64,000 bases of DNA from a virus (Duplodnaviria > Caudoviricetes). Below are positions 18,743 to 29,297 of this stretch, in pieces (positions within the stretch are counted from its first letter, which is position 1; each line of letters begins with the position of its first letter). The stretch is from the IMG/VR virus record IMGVR_UViG_3300037183_000125, positions 32,001 through 96,000 of that record; one strand, 5' to 3'. The notes beneath the pieces are model-generated. The model had not been told where the DNA came from. It made no database searches and was given only the letters and a program-made list of their open reading frames with translations. The position numbers and the translations under genes are program-made.

Positions 18743-20539
18743 CTATGAATTATACGGGGCTGTCGACCCGTCCCATGGGCCCACCGCCACGGGACCACCA
18801 GAGGCTGAGTTGTCGCCGCTTAACTGCACGTACGTCTTGTTGACACAAAGATTGTTCCCTGAACCACCGATAGAGGCGAAGCCCCACCTCATGGTTCCCT
18901 TCCTCATCTTCTGTCCAACCTGGGTTGAAACGACCCAGATCGGTTCCCGGACGACAGGACCCCCGTTCTGGGTCGAAAACGTACAGGCTATCCTGTCTTG
19001 AGAACCTAGAAAGCTATTTCCTACTATACTGCTCCCGTTCCAGGACTCGAGGATGGCCCCCTGAAACTGCTGCCACGCATCACCAGACGCAAAACCACGT
19101 CTTCTCCACCCCCTGAAAACGGTTATTGATGTTGAGGCGATGAAAGACCCGAGTCGGAAAAAATCAGCAGCGGTAGAAGTTGAACTCGTATATAGGTTCG
19201 CAGCTGTTCTCGTGGTCCCAGAATAGTTGTCTGACGAAGCGACTTCTGACATCCAGACGAACGGGAAAACGTCGCCGTCCTCCTGATCATCACATCTCAT
19301 CCAACCGAATCCGTCATACGTTTGCGCGGTCCCATTGGTGGCAGTACCCTCAGCAAGGGCGAAAGAACCGTCCCCGGAAAGACTGGAGGCCTCCAGAGCG
19401 TTCGCGACCATTATATGACACATTGTGAGTGTCGATGTTAAAGAATTTCCGCGCCAGTCAGTGAAGCCGGTCCCGACGGCGCCAGGGCCGCCCTGGCCGA
19501 CGGTAACGAACGTCCCTGTTGTCGGGAACCCATTCGTTGTTGGGGAGCCGCCAGAGGCACCGCCGGGACAGATGGTCGCAGTGCATGTCCCAAGGGAGGC
19601 CATGACGGAGAAACGCCCGTTCGTGGATGAAACGGAGCTCTCGTTAACAAGGTCTATGCACTGGACGTAGACGTGACCCTTCAGGGAATTCGCTGACTTC
19701 CATATGACGATCTCTTGTCCGAACTCGAGTGTCGCTCCGGTAGGCGTTACGGACGCCCCGGACCCGGAGGGTGGCGAGGCAGCCCTTATCGTGTCAGTGT
19801 TGCTCCATCCTCTTTGTCCGGATCCGGAGCCGGAGTTCCTCGGAGCGACGACGATGAACCCGGCGGCCCCTCCGGAGAAGTCCATTATGACACCGAGTAT
19901 CTCACCGGTGGCCCCGGTGTTGTCTTGCGTGACCTCCTCCCCGCGAAGAAAATTACTGGTCGTGGTATTACCCCCGATCGGTATTTTCAGCATCGAAGGA
20001 CCCTGGGCGTTCCACCATGCCCCGGGGCCGGAGGACACGGATATCGAGGCCGGATAGGTGTCGAGAAGGGAGTCCAACTCCGTCCAAGTGGCGGTCCCTG
20101 GCGTCGTCTCTGAAACCGCCGAGGGGTTCACGACGTCGACAGACGTAGAAGAGTTCACCTTCACAATCTGCCACGTCCCGTTGTTTCCGGAGTTCGTGGC
20201 ACCGGTTATTTTCAAAAACCTTCCTATGGAGCCGGACAGAGACAGTCCTCCGGAGGAGGAAAAACCTGTAAGCCCGGATATCGTGGACCTGCCCATCTCC
20301 TTCGCGGAAGTGGGGGCACCGATAGTAAAAGATACGGTGGCCGTTTGGGAGCCGACCTGAACACCGGGGCCCCATTTGTCGTTGTTCGGGTTGAAGGTGC
20401 CGCTCTCCTTTGTCGTGCCGTCTGAGCTGGCCATATACCGCCACCCGGCGGCCTTCATCGCCCTGGTCAGCTTCCAAATGCCGTTGAACGCGTCGCCCGA
20501 CGCCGAGTACTGAAAATTCGGGACAGTAATTTTTGGCAT
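18743..20539 (-). CDS. Gly/Ser/Thr-rich virion (fibre-associated) protein, paralogue B
   Basis: 598 aa; shares long blocks with paralogue A (GHVY.QC.D, LGTCTAT.CPGGA, GWRRRGF..GD, VVREP.WVVSTQV..MRKGT, GPWDG); one copy of the beta module. Confidence 0.75.
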   Translation of the reverse strand: MPKITVPNFQYSASGDAFNGIWKLTRAMKAAGWRYMASSDGTTKESGTFNPNNDKWGPGVQVGSQTATVSFTIGAPTSAKEMGRSTISGLTGFSSSGGLSLSGSIGRFLKITGATNSGNNGTWQIVKVNSSTSVDVVNPSAVSETTPGTATWTELDSLLDTYPASISVSSGPGAWWNAQGPSMLKIPIGGNTTTSNFLRGEEVTQDNTGATGEILGVIMDFSGGAAGFIVVAPRNSGSGSGQRGWSNTDTIRAASPPSGSGASVTPTGATLEFGQEIVIWKSANSLKGHVYVQCIDLVNESSVSSTNGRFSVMASLGTCTATICPGGASGGSPTTNGFPTTGTFVTVGQGGPGAVGTGFTDWRGNSLTSTLTMCHIMVANALEASSLSGDGSFALAEGTATNGTAQTYDGFGWMRCDDQEDGDVFPFVWMSEVASSDNYSGTTRTAANLYTSSTSTAADFFRLGSFIASTSITVFRGWRRRGFASGDAWQQFQGAILESWNGSSIVGNSFLGSQDRIACTFSTQNGGPVVREPIWVVSTQVGQKMRKGTMRWGFASIGGSGNNLCVNKTYVQLSGDNSASGGPVAVGPWDGSTAPYNS

Positions 20540-20546
20540 GTGCGGC

Positions 20547-22421
20547 TCAGGAGTATGTTATGAGAAGACGGGCGCTCGTGCAGGCAACCTGATCGCTACC
20601 GCTCCCGCCAGTCATCCATAGTTGAAGTTCATACTGCTTCACGGAATCACTTCTTATGTTACCGGCTGAAGAGCCGACCGTCAGGTCAGAGCTCGTGAAA
20701 GTCGTTGCCGCCTGGCTCGTAGTAGTCGTCGAGGTCCCGGTTATGTCGGCAGAATCGGTTATGTCAACAAGCTTGACGTTAGCAGTACCGGCTCCCTGAC
20801 TCTCGAATGTGACCGCAAACCTAATGTGCCTGTTCAGGCCGGCGGCCGTCGCCGGATAATTTGACACATCTATGTCCCTAGCCCCTATCCTGAGCGGCGA
20901 ACTAGTGGAGGTAGTTATGACGCTAGAGCTTAGAGGAAGCTCTATTGCTGGAGGAGAAAAACCGGCAGGACCAGTTTGTCCTTGGACGCCGGTGGCACCA
21001 CGGGGACCGGTGAAGGCGGGACCGGTCTGACCCTGAGGCCCGGTCGTACCGACCGGGCCGGTGAGACCCTGGATTCCGGTGGCTCCCTGGATTCCGGTGG
21101 CTCCCTGCGGGCCGGTGGCTCCCTGCGGGCCGGTCGGGCCTGTCGGGCCCGTAGAACCGGTCACGCCCTGGATTCCGGTGGCGCCCTGGGGGCCCGTGGC
21201 GCCCTGGGGGCCCGTCGGGCCCGTAGAACCGGTCACACCCTGGACCCCGGTGGCCCCCTGGGGTCCGGTGGCCCCCTGTTGCCCCGTAGGGCCGGTAGCG
21301 CCGGTGACACCCTGGACGCCCGTGGCGCCCTGGGGGCCCGTGGCGCCCTGGGGGCCCGTGGAGCCGGTCGGGCCCGTAGACCCGGTCACGCCCTGGACGC
21401 CGGTCGGACCCTGAGGGCCGGTCGCGCCCTGCGGGCCAGTGGAACCCGTGGGGCCCGTAGCACCGGTTACGCCCTGCACACCCTGAGGGCCGGTCGAACC
21501 CTGAGGGCCGGTCGAACCCTGAGGGCCGACAGGTCCAGTGAATCCCGTTATCCCAGGGGAACCCTGAGGGCCGCCGAAAGGGCCGGTCGGGCCTGGCGAC
21601 CCCTGAATACCGGCCCCGGTCGGACCTTGTGGACCGGTAGGTCCTTGCTGTCCAATAAGACCCGTCTGGCCCTGCAGGCCAGGAGAACCTTGTTGGCCTT
21701 GAGGACCAGTCTGACCTCTGGGGCCGGTCGGGCCGGTCGGGCCGGTCGGGCCGGTAGGACCCTGTGGGCCCGTAGGCCCCGTTTGACCAACGGGACCGGT
21801 TGCCCCTGTCGGCCCAGTGGGACCTTGAACACCAGCTCCTGTAGGGCCTGCTGGCCCCGTCGGGCCCGTGGAGCCCATTTGGCCTGCAGGTCCAGTAATC
21901 CCACTACCGGTCGGAAGTCCGTCAACAGTCCTTATCAGGAAGTCGAGAAGTCCGCCAGTCGGCGAATTCCCGGCCCACCCGGCCTCTGACCCGCCAAAAT
22001 TCATCTCATTCGGCTTGGCGAGAGGGTCACCACTGCTCAAGGGAGGGAGCGGGTAAGGAAAACCTTGGACCGGAGGCACAATCATCCCGCGGACGGCCTC
22101 CGGGATCGAGAAGACGCGGATGTCGACGTCCGGCGTCCCGACACGGTTCGCGGCGGCCCACGTCTTCATGACGAATCGGAAAGAGCCGCGGACGTCGGGT
22201 GTGAAGCTGGCGGAGGGCGTGGAGCCGGAGTCCGAGAAGGCGAAGGGGACCGACACGGGCGTCGAGCTCCCGAACGGGACGGACACCAGGTCTATTTGCC
22301 AAGACTGGACGCCCGTATTACTGCTATTTTGGATGGTGACAAGGCCACCCAGGGCTCCGATAAGGGCCTGTCCGTCGCCGACAAGAGAACCTTGAGTGAA
22401 CTTTATGAGCGACGTAGTCAT
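20547..22421 (-). CDS. Collagen-like fibre protein (PKD/Ig-like N-terminus, G-X-Y helix, beta-sandwich C-terminus)
   Basis: 624 aa; about 100 Gly-X-Y triplets ([12 protein letters not shown]); N-terminal '[12 protein letters not shown]...[13 protein letters not shown]' is PKD-like. Confidence 0.85.
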   Translation of the reverse strand: MTTSLIKFTQGSLVGDGQALIGALGGLVTIQNSSNTGVQSWQIDLVSVPFGSSTPVSVPFAFSDSGSTPSASFTPDVRGSFRFVMKTWAAANRVGTPDVDIRVFSIPEAVRGMIVPPVQGFPYPLPPLSSGDPLAKPNEMNFGGSEAGWAGNSPTGGLLDFLIRTVDGLPTGSGITGPAGQMGSTGPTGPAGPTGAGVQGPTGPTGATGPVGQTGPTGPQGPTGPTGPTGPTGPRGQTGPQGQQGSPGLQGQTGLIGQQGPTGPQGPTGAGIQGSPGPTGPFGGPQGSPGITGFTGPVGPQGSTGPQGSTGPQGVQGVTGATGPTGSTGPQGATGPQGPTGVQGVTGSTGPTGSTGPQGATGPQGATGVQGVTGATGPTGQQGATGPQGATGVQGVTGSTGPTGPQGATGPQGATGIQGVTGSTGPTGPTGPQGATGPQGATGIQGATGIQGLTGPVGTTGPQGQTGPAFTGPRGATGVQGQTGPAGFSPPAIELPLSSSVITTSTSSPLRIGARDIDVSNYPATAAGLNRHIRFAVTFESQGAGTANVKLVDITDSADITGTSTTTTSQAATTFTSSDLTVGSSAGNIRSDSVKQYELQLWMTGGSGSDQVACTSARLLITYS

Positions 22422-22451
22422 GACAGAATAATCAAGAGAACAAAAATCAAA

Positions 22452-25400
22452 TCAATCGACAGACAAACTTAGGGAGTCTGTCAGGGGATCTCTGACGATC
22501 GTGTATGTGTGGAAGTTCCCGTCATCCCAGTCGAACGGAACTCTTAGAACGGCAACGTTCGCGTTCACATCCTGAATCTTCACGTACGGGATGTTATCCA
22601 AAGCGTCGAACCCGATAGCGGCAGCAACCCCAGGGCCAGCGTTACTGAGAAACCCGACGTAGACACCCGTGTCTACGTTCGGCGAGTAGACGAAGGAGTT
22701 AATCCGAAGGCGGACGGAGAACGTGAGGCCGAAGGACCTCGAGTCCGGGATGCCGGTCCTCATGCGATAGGTTGCGGTCGTCCCCGGGGAGAGAGTGGCG
22801 ACGCGCACCGCTGTCTCCGGGGAGGCCACCAGGGTGACGGACACGGCGTCCGGACGAGAGGCCACGAGGACCCAGCCGTCGCCGTACGGCTGAGGGGCGG
22901 GCTGGGTCACGACATTCACGACGTCGGCGGTCGGGTGGTACGCCGTCCCGAGCCTGTGGATCCCGTACTTCGTCCGGAGCTCCGAGACCAAAGAGTCGAC
23001 CATGGCGAGCGCGGTCGGGTCAGACGCCACGATGGCATCCCGCGTGTCATCCTCGATGTGGACACCAGGCTGAGAGATATGAAGATTGTACCTACTCTTC
23101 ATCTCCGTCAAAAGGTTTTCGACGGAGGCCAGGTCGGTCGCGTCCGGGGACGTCACGCCGTTGATCGTGTCGTTCAAAAGGTGGACGCCCGACTGGACGA
23201 GATGTGAGTTGTAGGTCGCCTTCAGGTCGTTCGCCAGGGCGATGGCCCGAACCAGGATGTCGTCCTCGGGGAGGTGGGAGCCCTGGAAAGAGTAAGAGGT
23301 GGTCCCAGTCTGGGTTATGGGACCCGAGAACCGGAGAGTCTCGTCGTCCGAGAACGGGGCCATCCTCGCCAGGCTGTCTCCCTCGTCGGAAGTCCAGAAC
23401 CTGATTCCCTCGTAGAGGACCCGAGTCGGCGCTTCTAGACGAACAAGAAGGGTCGAGCCGTGGACCCCGGGCTGAACGCGGTGGGCGTTATAGGAGTCGG
23501 CCACGTCGACGGACAGGGTGCAAAGAGAAATGAGGTCGGTCGCGTCCGCGGACGTGATCACGTTCGCCGTGTCGTCCATAGAGTGAACCTTCTGAACAAG
23601 AGGACCGACGACCTCATGGACGACCGCGGAGAGATGGCGGTTCACTGTCTCCTTCAGGGAGTTTGCCAGGAAAATGGCGGAGTCCAGGTCATGAGCGAGG
23701 GGAGGAAGGAGTAGGTTCGAGTCGTCGTCCTGAAGGTGGACCCTGGACTGGAAGACGTGATGAAGATATGCGTTCTTGACAGAGTTAAGGGTCGAGATGG
23801 AGGCGGCCAGGGGGTCTATGGCCGGAAGTGTGGTCACAACATTGACCATATCCTCGATCAGATGGTACCAGAAACCAACAAGATGGGGGTTTATCTCGGA
23901 CCGAAGCTGATTGAGAATGAGAACAGCTTCGTCGAGGACGACCGCCGGAGAGTTCGGTACGAAGTCGGTTACGTCGGTCGTCCTGTGGACACCGGGCGCC
24001 GTAAGATGGGCCCTATAACGGTCCATGAGGGAGTTGGAAAGGCCGATAACATAATTCGGGTCCACGCCCGGAACGGACGGCTTCGAGATATAGGTCATCG
24101 GCCAGGACGTCGGGTCTGAAGCGAGAAGGACTGGGGTGACCCTGAACTGAGAACCAGATAAAGCCGTAACAGACCTGATCTGCCCATAGTTCGGGCCGCC
24201 GAGGAACATTATTTCATCGCCAACTGCAGGGGTTACGGCGGAACCCGTGACGTCGATTATCGAGTATCCAAGTCCGGACGTCGCAAAGGCTGATGTGACG
24301 GTGGACCGTCCGAAATGCACGTAGCGACTGAGGCCAGAATCGTTCAGGAGGAAGTCCGGAACCACCTGATACTGTGAGCTCGAGATCTTGGCGACGACGA
24401 CTCGAGACTGGCCAGCATTAGGTCCGTCAAGAAACGAGACGAGTTGTCCTACGTCCAGAGAGTCAGACGTGGCGAGGGCGGACAGTCCGGTAACCCCGGC
24501 TTTGCCCACCCCGGGGAGGACCGGGTTAGAGAATTTCCCGTTCGTGCTGTCAGCAGAATCATGGTAAGAAGTCGAGAGTGAGTGGGAGGAGAAGGCGTCC
24601 GCTATGACGGACGCGCCGAGGGCCGCGGTTGTCAGGTCGAAGATCGTGAAGTCGGTCGCGATAGTGTCGACGAGGTCCGGGACAATGTGGTACGAGCCCT
24701 TCCCGATGTGGGAAGAGTAAGATTCAAGAATAGCATTGGCCAGGATGGCCGCTGAAGAGACATCGGTAGCGTCGTCCGCCTCGACAAGATCGACGATATC
24801 GGATGGGATATGGGTTCCATAGAGGACATAATGAGCGTTCAGCTTCGCCTTGATGTCGTTAGCAAGCGCTATGGCAGACGGGAGCCCGGTCGCCGGAGGT
24901 GCAGTTATGAAGTCGACAGTGTCGTTCACCGGGTGAACGCCCGGATAGACACGATGTGACTCGTATGCGGACCTGATGGCGTTCAGAAGGGCGTTGAGAC
25001 CGGTCACGGCACCTGCGACGGGAACGGCCGAGCTCTCGGAAACGTTCACATCGTCGTCGACAAGGTCCGTCGTGAAGCCTGCGAAAGAGACTGCGTTCAC
25101 AGCGGAGATGGTGTCAAGCGGAGTCCCGACCTTCACCATCCCATGACGGACCTCGAGGTCCTGGGTCGCGGGGACGGGCGGGGTCCCGTCGCCGAGAATG
25201 GTGACGGCCTGAACGTCCTTGTCGGACATGAACTCGTCTATCGGGGAGCCCCCGGAGTAGACAGTGAAACCCTGGTGCTGGTGTGACTTCTGCGTCCGGA
25301 GGTGGTCCGGGGAGGCGATGACGTTGGCCTGGTTAAGAACCTGGTTCGGAGGGATGAGGAGGTCCGTCAGTGTGATCTTCCCGACGGAGTAGCGCAGGAA

Positions 25401-28400
25401 GTCCCACCGGGTGCGAGAGAGCTCGGTCGGGCTGAACGCGCCGAAGGCGACGAATGGGCGGCCGCGGGCGGCGGAGAACAGGAAGGAGGACTCGGAAGGA
25501 GGAAGGGTAAGAACGTCGTACGGGACGGCGATGGCGGGGGTGGCCGAACCATCAAGGTAGACCTGAAGGCCCGCGGAGGGGTCGCGCATGACACGGTAGG
25601 TGTGGAGCGGGGCCCAGTCCACCTGGTGCAGGTAGTACGAGCTCAGGACGTCAGGAGGTCCTCCCCGATAGATGCCGATGAAGCGTCGCGAGGCGGACAA
25701 GGAGTCTGATATCTTGCTGTCCGCGAAGGCCGCGACGGAGTACCAGTCGACGACCGACCTGCAGGCCCTGATGTCGGAACCGGTGACGGGCTCGCCACCG
25801 GAGCCGAACGACAGGGACGGGCCGGAGACGCCCGCACTCAGGCCGTGATAAGTTGGCGCCGGGCCGACGGAGGGGGAGAGGACGACGCCGTCCGCGAGGA
25901 CCATGAGCGAGTTGACGCTCTTGGACGTGTACACGTTGAGGGTGTGGACCCCGCCGTCGTTCCAGGCGAACGCGTACTGGGCCATGACGACGAGCGTCCC
26001 CGAGGAGAAGTCATAGGTGAGGAGGTTCAGGTACTGGGCGCCGGACGGGGCGACCGCGAGGTGGAGCTCAACGTTCTTGCCAGACGGGCCCTCGTCGACG
26101 GACACGAGGGCGCCCGCAAAGTCGAGGTCCTGGTATGGAGAGGTCGTCGTGATGGTCGGACCCGGCGAGAAGGATAGGACCGACAGGCGGACGTCCAACT
26201 TCCAGTCAGCGCCGTTCCCGAGGACCTGATTGGTCACGAGCGGGTCCTCGAGCGTCCAGGCGATATAGTCCGAGGTCGAGACGTCCACCGCGCGCAGAAC
26301 GCGGTTAAAGAGACTCGCGGACTGGCCTCCGGACTTGACCCAGGTCGGGTCGTCGAGTTCCGGCAAGTTCGCGCCGAACCACGACATCTTCGGCTCTGGG
26401 CTCGAGTCCGAACCAAAGTATTTTCCCGGACTGAGGCCAAGCTTCGCGAGCGAGGACCCGGAAAGGATGGAGAAGGTGGCGGACACGCCGAGATCGGACG
26501 AGGACAGCGTCACGTGCCCGGAGGCGGCGGACGCGAAGGGAAAGCCGAGGACAGAGTTTATGCGGGCCGCGACGGACGCCGCGGTGTTCGTGCCGGGCGG
26601 AATGAGGAAGGAGACGGTGATAACCGGCTCGGATCCGATCTGGACGATGAGGGTGTCCCCATTGACGAGGACGAACGGGTCGGCGACGGTCCCGGTCGTG
26701 ACGGCCGGCGTCGGGGAGGACTGAAGGAAGGCAAGCTGGACCGAGAAGTCCGGATCCGCCATGAACAGGCCGAAGGCCCTGTCGCTAACGCTGGATGTCC
26801 AGTAGTCGGCGCCCATCCGGAACTCGGCCACCAGGGCGTTGTCCGTAGAAAGGATTGGCTCATAGCGGACATAACCGCGGTACGCGCCCGGGACGAGGCC
26901 GAGCTGCGGCATGTCCGCCGCGGAGGCGGAGGCGGTCGAGTCGACCAGCAAAAGGCCGGGAGTCAGGACGCGCTCGATGCCGGCCTGGCCGTAGGTTATC
27001 CACGGGGCGTCAGGGTCGAGCTCGGGCGTGGTCGAGGCCTGATAGTCGACCTGCTTGTTGTTCTCTATAAGGTTCGCGTCCACCGGCTGGACATTTACGC
27101 GGACGAACTGCCAGTCGCTCGAGCTCTTCGACTCTCGTCCGATGGACCCGAAGTAGACCTGCTGGATGACGTCGAACTCGGCGTCCACCGAGGACGTGTC
27201 AGGGAGGTCCGCCCGGGCCACAGAGGCCGAGGGGGCGACGGAGCCGCTGACGTACACGCCGACGCCGCCGGAGGGGTCGCGAGCGAGACGGTAGGTCTGG
27301 TACCCGGTCCAGTCCGCGGCGAAGGCGTTCCATGAACCCTCGAGCTCCGGGAACCCGCGGGAGGTCAAAACGCCGACCTGGCGCACCAGGGGGACCTGGT
27401 GCGAAGCGTCGTTCGTGAAGTGGACCCCGGGCTGGGTCCCGTGGGCGTTGAGAAGAAGGCGGAGCTGGTTCGCCAGGGCGACGGCCGAGGGGAGGTCCGT
27501 GGCCGCCGGGAGGGTGACGGCGTTCGCGGAGTCCGCCGCCCGGTGGATAAGCCCGACTCCGCCGCCCTTCGCGGCATGCTCGGAATAGGACGTGCGGACG
27601 GCGTTGACGAGGACCAGAAGCTCCGGGAGGCCCGAGGCGTCCACGAAGTCGACCTCGTCGGACGGGTCGTCCGGGAAGTGCGAGCCGACGTTCACGACGT
27701 GGCCGTTCAGCTGGGCCTTCAGGGAGTTCGCCATGACGATGGCGGAGGTCAGGTTCGTGGCCTGCGTCAGGATGAAGCCGACGACCGATATTTTGCGCCC
27801 GTCCGAGACGCCGAAGCTGACGCCAGAGAACACGCCGTCCGGGACGAACACGGCCGGGTCGGAGGACATGCGAGCGCGAAAGGCGGCCGAGATCGAGGAC
27901 TCGGCGTCCAGGTTGATCGCGTGCGTGAAGAATGGGGGCTTAGAGTCGACCCCGCTCTGGGTGCTCGAGTCGACGACGGTGAGGGCCGAGCCGCCGGGCG
28001 CCAGCGTCAGTGTACCGCGGCCCTCCTGCGTCCACGGGTCGAGCGCGTTCTGCGGGAGGGTCGTCGGGTCGTACCGGATGGTCACCTCAGTGACGCGCTC
28101 GAACAGGACCGGGTACGTGAGCTTGTTCGTCGGGACGTTAAGGAGAAGAGTCGTCGGGTCGTTCAGGGACGCCGTGTACGCCCTCTCGTAGGCCTTATAC
28201 TTCCACCCACGCTTGAACGGCTTGAACGGGGCGGACAGAGGGACGCCCTCGGCGCCCGTTATAAGGTGGGAGCTCGACCTGTAGCGGTGCTTTGGGACGC
28301 CGGCGAGGGCCGTGTTCCCGTACTGGTTCAGAGTGAACTCAGGGGAGTTCAGGCGCATGAACCTCGAGGGAGGGTTCTCCACGAAGTCGTAGTCGATGGA

Positions 28401-29297
28401 GATCGTGTCGGACCAGGTTGGTTTTGAGGACAGAACGACAGCCCCCATAAGGCCGAACACGGCGTCAACGCCAGCGGGCTGTCCGTTGACTGTCACACTG
28501 ACATCATAAGGACTGTCCGCGGGCTGTCCATAGCGCGGGTCCAAGATGGTCCAGGGAAAGGGGCCGGTAAGCGGGCCTGGATACACGTTGGTAGCAGGCT
28601 TGACCGGGGGAGAGTCTACGCGGTCAATGAGGTCTACGTTCTGGTGAACGAAATGGTTCTGCCTATGGCTCTCGTACTTACGGCGCAGCTCGTTCAGGAG
28701 ATTCAGGACCTGCGACAGGTTGGAGGACGGGCCAAGGGCGACGAGGTCCTGGAAGTCGATCTCGATATGGACCTTCGGGTCTCCTGACACGTCATGCGCG
28801 TGCGCATTGTACTTCGCTAGCAGGTCGTTCGCCAGGATGATGGCGGAGGCGAGGTCGTGGCACCCATCGGCCGTGACAACGTTTGTCCCGTCGTCCATTC
28901 CGTGCACGCCCTCGAGGACGCCGTCAACGAGCACCTTCCTCGAGCGGTGCAGACCGTACTGGAGCTTGATGTCGTTGGCCAGGGTGACGACGGAGTCGGT
29001 CGTGGCGTCCTCGTCGAGAACGCTGAAGGAGGAGTCCGCGAGGACGAGCACCTTGGAGGTGACGACCGACTGGATCCGGAAGGTCCCGTCGTTCCTGCCA
29101 CCCTCAGTCCCGGAGACGGTGACGAGGCGACCAACATCGTCCTCCGAGAAGTTCCCGGACGATATCTGGACCTGGTTCTCGGACAGGACCCGGAGGTCCG
29201 ACCCGACGAGGAGTGGGAGGGGGCGCTTGACTATCGGCCCCCTGTTGGTGAACAAGGTCCTGTCCGACACGGACGCTATCCCGGTGAAGTAGACCAT
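22452..29297 (-). CDS. Giant virion protein: lectin/ConA-like beta domains plus 18 His-rich helical repeats
   Basis: 2281 aa; four recurring beta domains (LPE..W / DW...HTY...RDP....V..DG / FG) and 18 copies of ATDL.SA..LAN.L...YN.H....G.H...D. Confidence 0.8.
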   Translation of the reverse strand: MVYFTGIASVSDRTLFTNRGPIVKRPLPLLVGSDLRVLSENQVQISSGNFSEDDVGRLVTVSGTEGGRNDGTFRIQSVVTSKVLVLADSSFSVLDEDATTDSVVTLANDIKLQYGLHRSRKVLVDGVLEGVHGMDDGTNVVTADGCHDLASAIILANDLLAKYNAHAHDVSGDPKVHIEIDFQDLVALGPSSNLSQVLNLLNELRRKYESHRQNHFVHQNVDLIDRVDSPPVKPATNVYPGPLTGPFPWTILDPRYGQPADSPYDVSVTVNGQPAGVDAVFGLMGAVVLSSKPTWSDTISIDYDFVENPPSRFMRLNSPEFTLNQYGNTALAGVPKHRYRSSSHLITGAEGVPLSAPFKPFKRGWKYKAYERAYTASLNDPTTLLLNVPTNKLTYPVLFERVTEVTIRYDPTTLPQNALDPWTQEGRGTLTLAPGGSALTVVDSSTQSGVDSKPPFFTHAINLDAESSISAAFRARMSSDPAVFVPDGVFSGVSFGVSDGRKISVVGFILTQATNLTSAIVMANSLKAQLNGHVVNVGSHFPDDPSDEVDFVDASGLPELLVLVNAVRTSYSEHAAKGGGVGLIHRAADSANAVTLPAATDLPSAVALANQLRLLLNAHGTQPGVHFTNDASHQVPLVRQVGVLTSRGFPELEGSWNAFAADWTGYQTYRLARDPSGGVGVYVSGSVAPSASVARADLPDTSSVDAEFDVIQQVYFGSIGRESKSSSDWQFVRVNVQPVDANLIENNKQVDYQASTTPELDPDAPWITYGQAGIERVLTPGLLLVDSTASASAADMPQLGLVPGAYRGYVRYEPILSTDNALVAEFRMGADYWTSSVSDRAFGLFMADPDFSVQLAFLQSSPTPAVTTGTVADPFVLVNGDTLIVQIGSEPVITVSFLIPPGTNTAASVAARINSVLGFPFASAASGHVTLSSSDLGVSATFSILSGSSLAKLGLSPGKYFGSDSSPEPKMSWFGANLPELDDPTWVKSGGQSASLFNRVLRAVDVSTSDYIAWTLEDPLVTNQVLGNGADWKLDVRLSVLSFSPGPTITTTSPYQDLDFAGALVSVDEGPSGKNVELHLAVAPSGAQYLNLLTYDFSSGTLVVMAQYAFAWNDGGVHTLNVYTSKSVNSLMVLADGVVLSPSVGPAPTYHGLSAGVSGPSLSFGSGGEPVTGSDIRACRSVVDWYSVAAFADSKISDSLSASRRFIGIYRGGPPDVLSSYYLHQVDWAPLHTYRVMRDPSAGLQVYLDGSATPAIAVPYDVLTLPPSESSFLFSAARGRPFVAFGAFSPTELSRTRWDFLRYSVGKITLTDLLIPPNQVLNQANVIASPDHLRTQKSHQHQGFTVYSGGSPIDEFMSDKDVQAVTILGDGTPPVPATQDLEVRHGMVKVGTPLDTISAVNAVSFAGFTTDLVDDDVNVSESSAVPVAGAVTGLNALLNAIRSAYESHRVYPGVHPVNDTVDFITAPPATGLPSAIALANDIKAKLNAHYVLYGTHIPSDIVDLVEADDATDVSSAAILANAILESYSSHIGKGSYHIVPDLVDTIATDFTIFDLTTAALGASVIADAFSSHSLSTSYHDSADSTNGKFSNPVLPGVGKAGVTGLSALATSDSLDVGQLVSFLDGPNAGQSRVVVAKISSSQYQVVPDFLLNDSGLSRYVHFGRSTVTSAFATSGLGYSIIDVTGSAVTPAVGDEIMFLGGPNYGQIRSVTALSGSQFRVTPVLLASDPTSWPMTYISKPSVPGVDPNYVIGLSNSLMDRYRAHLTAPGVHRTTDVTDFVPNSPAVVLDEAVLILNQLRSEINPHLVGFWYHLIEDMVNVVTTLPAIDPLAASISTLNSVKNAYLHHVFQSRVHLQDDDSNLLLPPLAHDLDSAIFLANSLKETVNRHLSAVVHEVVGPLVQKVHSMDDTANVITSADATDLISLCTLSVDVADSYNAHRVQPGVHGSTLLVRLEAPTRVLYEGIRFWTSDEGDSLARMAPFSDDETLRFSGPITQTGTTSYSFQGSHLPEDDILVRAIALANDLKATYNSHLVQSGVHLLNDTINGVTSPDATDLASVENLLTEMKSRYNLHISQPGVHIEDDTRDAIVASDPTALAMVDSLVSELRTKYGIHRLGTAYHPTADVVNVVTQPAPQPYGDGWVLVASRPDAVSVTLVASPETAVRVATLSPGTTATYRMRTGIPDSRSFGLTFSVRLRINSFVYSPNVDTGVYVGFLSNAGPGVAAAIGFDALDNIPYVKIQDVNANVAVLRVPFDWDDGNFHTYTIVRDPLTDSLSLSVD

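Noticed and set aside
16754-20539. DGR template/variable repeat pair in the paralogous 3' ends
   Set aside because: Differences include indels and all base types, not adenine-specific changes; no reverse transcriptase in the window.
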